This document shows, piece after piece, positions 10,754-17,821 of a DNA stretch of 32,000 nt (positions within the stretch are counted from its first letter, which is position 1; each line of letters starts with the position of its first letter). The notes under the pieces were generated by a model. It saw only the letters and a list, made by a program, of their open reading frames with translations, was not told where the DNA came from and did no database searches. Origin of the DNA: Vibrio vulnificus CMCP6 (lineage in GTDB: Bacteria > Pseudomonadota > Gammaproteobacteria > Enterobacterales > Vibrionaceae); contig NC_004459.3 of the NCBI RefSeq assembly GCF_000039765.1, forward strand, positions 780,001 through 812,000. Direction: 5' to 3'. The position numbers were made by a program, and so were the translations under genes.

Positions 10754-10893
10754 AGTTCTAGGTTCTAGGTTCTAGGTTCTAGGTTCTAGGTTCTAGGTTC
10801 TAGGTTCTAGGTTCTAGGTTCTAGGTTCTAGGTTCTAGGTTCTAGGTTCTAGGTTCTAGGTTCTAGGTTCTAGGTTCTAGGTTCTAGGTTCTA
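10754..10893. repeat. Heptanucleotide tandem array (GGTTCTA)n, about 19 perfect units (10761-10893) plus a degenerate leading unit
   Basis: Direct reading; uninterrupted 7-bp periodicity between the wecB stop (10910) and the wecC start (10721). Confidence 0.98.
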
Positions 10894-10909
10894 GGAGATA
10901 GTTTAATAG

Positions 10910-12034
10910 TTACTTGCACAGAGAATCGAGAATTCTTTGGCACGCTTTACCATCACCGTATGGGTTATGGGCAAAGCTCATTGCTTGATAGGCTTCGCTA
11001 TCGCTAAGCAAGGTGTTTAGGTTGGAGACGATTTTTTCCACATCTGTTCCCACCAGTTTAACTGTCCCTGCAGCAACCGCTTCGGGGCGTTCGGTTGTGT
11101 CGCGCATCACTAACACGGGCTTGCCAAGGGATGGCGCTTCTTCTTGAATACCACCGGAATCGGTGAGAATAATGTTCGCTCGGTCCATTAAGTAGATAAA
11201 GGGCAAGTATTGTTGCGGCTCAATCAGCAGCACATTTTCCACGCTACCTAGAATACGATTAACCGGTTCACGCACGTTAGGGTTTAAATGCATAGGGTAG
11301 AGAATTTGCACCTCAGGGTGCTGTTTTGCGGTTTGGGCTAGTGCTTCACAAATACGCTCAAAACCACCGCCAAAGCTTTCTCGTCGATGGCCAGTCACCA
11401 AGATGAGCTTTTTGTTTTCATCTAAGTAAGGGAACTGTGCGGCTAAGGTTGCTTTTAGATCAGCATCTTGCTCAATTTTCTCTTTCACCATTAGCAGCGC
11501 ATCAATTACCGTATTGCCAGTGACGAAAATATTCTCTTCTGAGTAATTCTCTTGCAGCAAATTTTGCTGCGAGGTTTCTGTTGGAGCAAAATGGTATTTG
11601 GTTAACGCACCGGTGAGCTTGCGGTTAGCTTCCTCTGGCCAGGGTGAATAGATGTTGCCTGTGCGCAGGCCTGCTTCAACATGCCCAACAGCAATTTGCT
11701 CATAATAGGCTGCTAAGCTGGCGGCAAACGTTGTAGCAGTGTCGCCGTGAACGAGTACGACATCGGGTTTAAATTCCTGCAAAACAGGTTTTAACTCTAA
11801 CAAAATTCGCGCCGTCACTTCATTGAGCGTTTGACCTGCTTTCATCAGGTTTAGATCATAGTCCGGAGTAATTTCAAACAACTCTAAAACTTGATCGAGC
11901 ATTTCACGGTGTTGAGCCGTTACACAACATTTTGCTTCGAAACGTTCATCCGCCGCTAAAGCATGCACTAATGGCGCCATTTTTATTGCTTCTGGACGTG
12001 TTCCAAAAACCGTGAGAACTTTCTTCTTTGACAT
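10910..12034 (-). CDS. wecB: UDP-N-acetylglucosamine 2-epimerase (non-hydrolysing)
   Basis: ORF track 10910..12049; preferred start [22 protein letters not shown] at 12034. Motifs [53 protein letters not shown]. Confidence 0.96.
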   Translation of the reverse strand: MSKKKVLTVFGTRPEAIKMAPLVHALAADERFEAKCCVTAQHREMLDQVLELFEITPDYDLNLMKAGQTLNEVTARILLELKPVLQEFKPDVVLVHGDTATTFAASLAAYYEQIAVGHVEAGLRTGNIYSPWPEEANRKLTGALTKYHFAPTETSQQNLLQENYSEENIFVTGNTVIDALLMVKEKIEQDADLKATLAAQFPYLDENKKLILVTGHRRESFGGGFERICEALAQTAKQHPEVQILYPMHLNPNVREPVNRILGSVENVLLIEPQQYLPFIYLMDRANIILTDSGGIQEEAPSLGKPVLVMRDTTERPEAVAAGTVKLVGTDVEKIVSNLNTLLSDSEAYQAMSFAHNPYGDGKACQRILDSLCK

Positions 12035-12117
12035 ATAACTAACCAACAATAATTTAGATACAAAATTCTGGAGATACTGAGGAGATAACAGCCGAATAGC
12101 AGTTCTCCCCGGTTAAT

Positions 12118-14301
12118 TTAAGCTTTATTACTCTCACCATAGCTATAGTTGTAGTAACCGTAGCCATAAGATGAAGAAGCTTTTTTCTCTATCGCGTTTA
12201 GAATCACGCCTTTTACTTCGATGCCCGCTTGCTCAAAGCGGCTACGTGCCACATCGATCTCTTTCACCGTGTTTTGACCAAAACGAGCGACCATTAATGT
12301 GGTGCCCGCAATTGCACCCACTATGCTTGGATCAGTTACTGCGAGTACTGGTGGTGTATCAATGATAACTAAGTCGTAGTGTTCACTTGCCCAATCGACG
12401 AGTTCTTTAAAACGAGGGTGCATTAGCAGCTCTGAAGGGTTTGGTGGCACTTGGCCGCGGGTAATGATGTCCAAGTTCTCGACTTTGGCAGATTGCACTG
12501 CGACGTCTCTTGTTACTTTCCCGCTGAGCAGATCCGATAGGCCATTTTCCCAATTCAAACCAAAGCACTGCTGCAAGTAGCCTTTGCGCATATCTGCATC
12601 AATCAGCAATACTTTTTGCCCTGTTTTTGCTGCTACCGCAGCAAAGTTGGTGGAGACAAACGACTTACCAATGCCAGGCGCTGGGCCTGAGATCATCAAT
12701 ACGTTGTTTTTTGCTTCCATCATCGCAAAGTGTAAGCTGGTGCGAAGGCCACGCAACGCCTCAATGGAAAGATCGGCTGGGTTACTTTCCGCCAGTAGCG
12801 TCAAATCTGTATTGCGCTTCTTGCGAGCAAGCTTATTGGCAAGCTCTAGCTGTAGGTTCGATTTAGGAACACTTGCATACACAGAAAGGCCAATCTGTTC
12901 AATTTCATCTGGGGTTTCTACACCGCGATGAAGTGCGGCTTTAACCAGAACCAAAGCCACACTGAGCATGCCACCTAACAGAGTCGCAAGCACTACGATC
13001 AGAGGTTTCTTCGGTTTGACCGGTTTTGCGTAACTTTGCGCTTCATCGAGAATACGCACGTTACCTACGGTACCTGCTTTGATGATGCTGAGTTCTTGGA
13101 CTTTGTTCAGTAACTGAATGTAGATCTGTTGGTTAACTTCTACATCACGCGTCATGCGCAGCACTTCACGCTGTGTTTTAGGCAGTTTTTGCACCTGCTG
13201 GTTTAAGCGCTCGCGCTCTTTAAGTAGCGTTTCTCGCTTATCGAGTAGAGAACGGTATGCAGGATGGTCTTTGGTAAAACGTTGGCTGATTTCACTTTCT
13301 TTGAAGGTCAGCTCGTTTAGCTGTGCTTCCAGTTTAACCATCACATCCAGAGTCGATTTGGCTTCTAAGCCTAAGTCGATCGACTCATTGTCTTGACGGA
13401 ATCGATTCAGTGTATCTTCTGCCGTTGTAAGGCTGTTTTTGATGTCTGGTAAATGGCCTTTTAAGAAAGTTAAGCTTTTTTCCGCTTCCGCCGAATTTCG
13501 CTCAACGTTTTGTAAGAAGTAGGTTTGGCTAATATGGTTGAGAATTTCACTGATTTGCTTACGGTTTTCACCTTCAAAACTCAGCATTAAAATGCCCGTT
13601 TGCTTACCACGCTCACTGATCGCTAAGTTCTTTTTCAGCCACTCAATCGCCTCTAGGCGGCTCTGTTGCGATAGAGAAAACTCTTGCTCATTGTGGGAAC
13701 GTAATTCCGTAACAAACAGCTCGTAACCGTCATTTTTTGCTAGCTCTCCCGCAACACCTTGCAGCACCACTTGCTCATCACCACGTACTAATTGATACGT
13801 TTTCTTCTCTGAATCCAGCACCACTAAGGTATGCTTCATCTCTTGCGCGTATTCTGGCACTGCATAACGGCTGATTTCGATTTGGTTTACCTTTCCAGCG
13901 ATGCGAGCCAACCCCTTACCAATGACAGGCAAGTATTTTGACTCTGCTACTGTGGTCAAATTGAACTTATCTACCGTGTCACCCAAAATCATTCGCGATT
14001 TGATGATTTCGATTTCCGTTGTAGCAGAAGATTCTTGTGAGAATAACTCCCCCATATCTCCACCAACTAAAGAGCCTATCCCACCTTTGCTTTTTTCTTC
14101 GATTTGCAATAAAGCATCCGCTTTATAGATAGGTGTTGAAAGTAGCGCAACCGCGACTCCACCAACCGCAAATAAGAAGGTTGTTACTAGGATGATCCAT
14201 TTTGCATCCAAAAGAATGCCAAGCAGCTTGCCTAAATCGATTTCGTCAGACGAGTTATCAACGGAAGATCGGTTTTGTGGTGTTGTCATTGTCTCGTTCA
14301 T
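12118..14301 (-). CDS. wzc: Polysaccharide co-polymerase / BY-kinase Wzc
   Basis: 727-aa ORF; Wzz domain, Walker A GPAPGIGKSFVSTNFAAVAA, Walker A' LLIDADMRKG, C-terminal Tyr-rich tail SYGYGYYNYSYGESNKA. Confidence 0.95.
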   Translation of the reverse strand: MNETMTTPQNRSSVDNSSDEIDLGKLLGILLDAKWIILVTTFLFAVGGVAVALLSTPIYKADALLQIEEKSKGGIGSLVGGDMGELFSQESSATTEIEIIKSRMILGDTVDKFNLTTVAESKYLPVIGKGLARIAGKVNQIEISRYAVPEYAQEMKHTLVVLDSEKKTYQLVRGDEQVVLQGVAGELAKNDGYELFVTELRSHNEQEFSLSQQSRLEAIEWLKKNLAISERGKQTGILMLSFEGENRKQISEILNHISQTYFLQNVERNSAEAEKSLTFLKGHLPDIKNSLTTAEDTLNRFRQDNESIDLGLEAKSTLDVMVKLEAQLNELTFKESEISQRFTKDHPAYRSLLDKRETLLKERERLNQQVQKLPKTQREVLRMTRDVEVNQQIYIQLLNKVQELSIIKAGTVGNVRILDEAQSYAKPVKPKKPLIVVLATLLGGMLSVALVLVKAALHRGVETPDEIEQIGLSVYASVPKSNLQLELANKLARKKRNTDLTLLAESNPADLSIEALRGLRTSLHFAMMEAKNNVLMISGPAPGIGKSFVSTNFAAVAAKTGQKVLLIDADMRKGYLQQCFGLNWENGLSDLLSGKVTRDVAVQSAKVENLDIITRGQVPPNPSELLMHPRFKELVDWASEHYDLVIIDTPPVLAVTDPSIVGAIAGTTLMVARFGQNTVKEIDVARSRFEQAGIEVKGVILNAIEKKASSSYGYGYYNYSYGESNKA

Positions 14302-14341
14302 TTCCGGGTTGGTGGATTTATGATTTGTTTGTTGGAAAAAC

Positions 14342-14457
14342 GGTCCTGTGGTCCTGTGGTCCTGTGGTCCTGTGGTCCTGTGGTCCTGTGGTCCTGTGGT
14401 CCTGTGGTCCTGTGGTCCTGTGGTCCTGTGGTCCTGTGGTCCTGTGGTCCTGTGGTC
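14342..14457. repeat. Octanucleotide tandem array (GGTCCTGT)14.5
   Basis: Direct reading; 116 bp of perfect 8-bp periodicity between the wzc start and the wzb stop. Confidence 0.98.
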
Positions 14458-14511
14458 AAGGCTAAAAGCATTGCAAAGGAATACAAGCGTCTAGGTCAGT
14501 TTTTCCTTTTA

Positions 14512-14952
14512 TTACAATTTCTTTGCCCAGGCTTGTGCGGCTTCGTCAATCAACTGATAAGCGTGCACGAAGGCTTCTTTGCTTTGACGGTACGGATCGG
14601 GGATATCTTTTTGCCCGATCCATTGGCCGAATAGCATAGTTTTTCCGCGAGCTTCTGGGGCGATTTGTGTTAATGCTTCCATATGGCCTTTTTCCATGAC
14701 TAGGATCAGATCATATTGGCTACACAGCGCAGAGGTAAGTTGCTGTGATTGATGGTTTTCTACATCAACACCATTCTCTTTTGCCACTTCTATCGCCATT
14801 GCATCGGCTGGCTTACCAATTAAACGGCTTTTCTCTGCTGCAATACCGGCAGAAGCAACGGTTTTATTCGGAAGTAGTTTTTGTAGCACACGCTCACCAG
14901 TTGGAGAGCGGCAAATGTTACCGACACAAACGACTAAGATTTTGTTAAACAT
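14512..14952 (-). CDS. wzb: Low-molecular-weight protein-tyrosine phosphatase Wzb
   Basis: 146-aa ORF; MFNKILVVCVGNICRSPTGERVLQ (C-x5-R-S active site), GQKDIPDPYRQSKEAF (DPY acid loop). Confidence 0.96.
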   Translation of the reverse strand: MFNKILVVCVGNICRSPTGERVLQKLLPNKTVASAGIAAEKSRLIGKPADAMAIEVAKENGVDVENHQSQQLTSALCSQYDLILVMEKGHMEALTQIAPEARGKTMLFGQWIGQKDIPDPYRQSKEAFVHAYQLIDEAAQAWAKKL

Positions 14953-14974
14953 GAGTAATGCCTATTGAATTATT

Positions 14975-15190
14975 GGTCCTGTGGTCCTGTGGTCCTGTGG
15001 TCCTGTGGTCCTGTGGTCCTGTGGTCCTGTGGTCCTGTGGTCCTGTGGTCCTGTGGTCCTGTGGTCCTGTGGTCCTGTGGTCCTGTGGTCCTGTGGTCCT
15101 GTGGTCCTGTGGTCCTGTGGTCCTGTGGTCCTGTGGTCCTGTGGTCCTGTGGTCCTGTGGTCCTGTGGTCCTGTGGTCCTGTGGTCCTGT
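14975..15190. repeat. Octanucleotide tandem array (GGTCCTGT)27, same unit and orientation as 14342-14457
   Basis: Direct reading; 216 bp = 27 x 8 bp perfect periodicity, ending about 22 bp upstream of the wzb start codon. Confidence 0.98.
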
Positions 15191-15229
15191 AAAACAGGAG
15201 AGCAACAGCCACACCAATTATGTCAAGTG

Positions 15230-15589
15230 TTATCGTACCGTGCCTTTGCGAATTTTGATCAACTTCGCCAGCATGACAGAAATATGTTTAGCTTCTTGAA
15301 CGAATACCATTCCCTGCTCTTTGCTGAGGTAACCCAGCTCTATCGCGATGTAGAGTTGAGTAATCATTTCTCCACAAGAGCCCTTAGCAATATATAAGAA
15401 TCGCGCTGATTCTTTGGCCGTTTCCCTTTCCTCACCTTCTGAAATATTGGAAGGGATGGAAAGGGAACTTCGCGTTATCTGATCAACCAATGCATAGTTT
15501 TTACAGCGATGAAGGGCTTTGACGATATCAACAGAAAGTCTTGAACTCTTTTTCCATACTTCAAGCCTCTCAAATCCCAAAACCCTCAT
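15230..15589 (-). CDS. Four-helix-bundle protein (23S rRNA intervening-sequence protein / S23 family)
   Basis: About 119-aa ORF; MRVLGFERLEVWKKSSRLSVDIVKAL...DQITRSSLSIPSNISEGEERETAKESARFLYIAKGSCGEMITQLYIAIELGYLS is the classic family signature. The track start at 15592 is a TTG; an ATG lies at 15589. Confidence 0.9.
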   Translation of the reverse strand: MRVLGFERLEVWKKSSRLSVDIVKALHRCKNYALVDQITRSSLSIPSNISEGEERETAKESARFLYIAKGSCGEMITQLYIAIELGYLSKEQGMVFVQEAKHISVMLAKLIKIRKGTVR

Positions 15590-15632
15590 CAACCATCCTT
15601 GCTTACACGAGACTTATCCAATCCATTAGCCC

Positions 15633-15656
15633 CTAGGACCCAAGGGCCATAGGACC
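15633..15656. repeat. Three degenerate 8-bp units (CTAGGACC CAAGGGCC ATAGGACC) resembling ACAGGACC, the reverse complement of GGTCCTGT
   Basis: Manual alignment: 18/24 identity to three tandem ACAGGACC units, inverted relative to the 14975-15190 array. Confidence 0.45.
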
Positions 15657-15670
15657 GCTTTTAAATTATC

Positions 15671-16807
15671 TTACGGCCACGTTTTAACGCGTAGAGCACC
15701 TTCAGTTAGGTTGTTGAAGCCGTTGATCGTTGGTAATAACTGACCAATTACACGGTTCCAGCGAGAGATCGGTGCGGCGGTCACATAAACGATATCGTAT
15801 GGTTTTAGATCGAATTCTGTGCCAATCACTAGTGCAGAGGCATCTTTAATATTGAGCTGATAGATGTCCGCCATGCGTTCAGATTTGTTGTCTGACGTAC
15901 GGATAACGAACACACCAGTTGCATCTGCTGAGAGCTCGTTGATGCCGCCGACACTGCTGAGTGCTTCCGTCAGGCTCATGCCTGAACGATCCATTTTAAG
16001 CAGTTTGGGATCTTTCACTTCTCCCATTACAAACACTTTTTGGCTGTCGTTGCGTGGCACGTGGATGATATCGCCCGGCTCTAATAAACGGTTTTGCGTT
16101 AAATCACCGCGCTGCATAAGCGCGTAAAGAGAAATAGCTTGCTCTTCACCGTTGCGAGTAAGCGTCACGTTGCGCCAATCGGCATCTTCCGCTAGACCAC
16201 CAGCACGGTTAACCGCATCAAGAATGGTTAAAGGGATATTGGTGATGGCTTGTTGGCCTGGATTTTCAACTTCACCAGTAATGTAAGCTTTTTTAGAGCG
16301 GAACGCGGCAACGTTGACATCGACCTGTGGGCTTTCAATAAATTTCGCAAGACGTTTAGCGATATCGGCGCGGATCTCACGCACGGTTTTATCTGCCACT
16401 TCTACAGTGCCAATGTAAGGATAGAAAATGGTGCCATCTGCATGCACCCAGTTACCTGCTTCAGATGCACTACGGTAAGAGCCTGCGGGAATCGTCAGTT
16501 CAGGGTGATCCCAAATGGTAACGTTAAGAATGTCGCCAGGGCCCACTTTGTATTCATAGCGTGCGATCTGCACATCAAGTTCTGGGTTTGCGCGAGAAGC
16601 AAAATGCTGCGCTTTGGCGTATTCCGTGACCGATTGAGCGTTTAGCGGATACAGATTAACCACCTCAGAAAGGTTACTTTCTTGGCTGCTATCGTTCACT
16701 TCAACAAGGTTTTTATTATCGGTGGATAGATGTGAGCCGGGTACAGTACAACCGGCAAGCAAGGCAGGCGCTAGCATCGCTAGCAGAAGTTTTGTTTTTA
16801 GTTCCAT
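15671..16807 (-). CDS. wza: Outer-membrane polysaccharide export lipoprotein Wza
   Basis: ORF track 15671..16903; preferred start [26 protein letters not shown] (lipobox LAGC) at 16807; poly_export domain [20 protein letters not shown] and SLBB-like repeats. Confidence 0.95.
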   Translation of the reverse strand: MELKTKLLLAMLAPALLAGCTVPGSHLSTDNKNLVEVNDSSQESNLSEVVNLYPLNAQSVTEYAKAQHFASRANPELDVQIARYEYKVGPGDILNVTIWDHPELTIPAGSYRSASEAGNWVHADGTIFYPYIGTVEVADKTVREIRADIAKRLAKFIESPQVDVNVAAFRSKKAYITGEVENPGQQAITNIPLTILDAVNRAGGLAEDADWRNVTLTRNGEEQAISLYALMQRGDLTQNRLLEPGDIIHVPRNDSQKVFVMGEVKDPKLLKMDRSGMSLTEALSSVGGINELSADATGVFVIRTSDNKSERMADIYQLNIKDASALVIGTEFDLKPYDIVYVTAAPISRWNRVIGQLLPTINGFNNLTEGALRVKTWP

Positions 16808-17084
16808 GTAAGCCAAATCGTCTAAATTAAGAGTGTTTACAGCACTCTTGAATGAGCAAAGGTTCGATTGAACACCATTTCTTTCTAACGCTTTTGAAAG
16901 CATAGGTATTCAACATAGTTAAAGGCGTTTTCCTTAACCGCATTTAACTATACTTTATAGCCTAGCTCCCACACTGACTGCGATTTTAAGCAGCTTCGCA
17001 CAACATTCTACGCTAACTGAACGTAAGAAAATGTAAGAACCCGTTAAAAGTGTGGTTTTCCACCCATATTTGTGGCTTTTTTGA

Positions 17085-17128
17085 CACGCTACCGCCCTTT
17101 GGTAAGCACGCAAAACCACATAGCGCTG
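17085..17128 (-). promoter_or_regulatory. JUMPStart element containing ops core GGCGGTAGCGTG (RfaH recruitment), upstream of wza
   Basis: Minus strand reads CAGCGCTATGTGGTTTTGCGTGCTTACCAAAGGGCGGTAGCGTG; the ops core is exact at 17085-17096, with a JUMPStart-like 5' part (CAGCGCTnTG). Confidence 0.9.
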
Positions 17129-17436
17129 GGACAATTTGCTGCGCAATAGCTCTAATAATGGCTTGCTGCAACAAAGTACTGACGTTTTATGACACCACTG
17201 AGTATTGTGTCATTATTAATATTTTTTATGGGCGGTTATTATCCATATTGTGGCTTAGAGCACAATGATTTTTGCTACGCAAACGGTACTATCAATGAGA
17301 TAAAAACCATAAATTCACATCGTTGCAGCTACAACTAATTGTTTACATTCCGTCCAAATTCTACCTAAAATAAACACCGGAGCTATTAAAGTTCCGACAT
17401 CGATGTTTGAAAACGTATATATACAAAGGAATAATC

Positions 17437-17697
17437 ATGAAAAAAATCGCATTAGCAGCGTTGATTGCACTAGGTGTGTCTTCTACTGCATTTGCTGCGG
17501 GTGAAGCTGCAACAGCAACTACAGCAACTAGTACAACTGCTTCTACAGGCGCAGCAGCAGGTGCAGGCGCAGGTGCAGCTGGCGCGGGTGCAGCAACAAC
17601 TGCAGCAGTAGCGGCAGGTGCAGCAGTAGCGGCAACAGCGGTTGTTGTTTCTTCAAACAACACTACTGGTACTACTGGTACTACTGGTACTAACTAA
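17437..17697 (+). CDS. gfcA: Small secreted Ala/Thr/Gly-rich protein, GfcA/YjbE-like (group 4 capsule / exopolysaccharide operon)
   Basis: MKKIALAALIALGVSSTAFAAGEAATATTATSTTASTGAAAGAG...SSNNTTGTTGTTGTN; signal peptide, low complexity, located 5' of gfcBCD-like genes; RBS AAAGGA upstream of ATG 17437. The track start at 17407 is less likely. Confidence 0.7.
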   Translation: MKKIALAALIALGVSSTAFAAGEAATATTATSTTASTGAAAGAGAGAAGAGAATTAAVAAGAAVAATAVVVSSNNTTGTTGTTGTN

Positions 17698-17719
17698 GTT
17701 TTAGTGCTTTAGTCTCTAA

Positions 17720-17753
17720 GCCAACACTTGAAAGAGTGTTGGCTTTTTTGTTT
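17720..17753 (+). terminator. Rho-independent terminator after the gfcA-like gene
   Basis: Perfect 9-bp stem GCCAACACT / AGTGTTGGC with 6-nt loop, followed by TTTTTTGTTTT. Confidence 0.9.
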
Positions 17754-17821
17754 TAGGGAAAGTGAACGTAAGTTGCTGGGATTGTTGTGTTCAACGTTAG
17801 TGATGGCGGGTGCTGACGGAT

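Noticed and set aside
12171-14128. Small plus-strand ORFs opposite wzc (12171-12365, 12584-12931, 12627-12866, 13154-13396, 13538-13726, 13901-14128)
   Set aside because: Antisense shadows of a well-supported wzc coding sequence; low-complexity or implausible protein sequence.
14202-15397. ORFs encoding GPVVLWSC or TGPQDHRT repeats over the octamer arrays, on both strands
   Set aside because: An 8-bp unit free of stop codons is open in all frames, so these ORFs are artefacts of the (GGTCCTGT)n arrays. No plausible start/RBS or homology.
15230-15589. Diversity-generating retroelement, suggested by the Avd-like four-helix-bundle protein
   Set aside because: No reverse transcriptase, template repeat/variable repeat pair or C-type lectin-like target gene is visible. 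Only the four-helix-bundle fold family is shared.
17361-17663. Minus-strand 100-aa ORF opposite the gfcA-like gene (Ala/Pro-rich)
   Set aside because: Antisense shadow of an Ala/Thr/Gly-rich gene. The plus-strand ORF has a signal peptide, an RBS and a downstream terminator.
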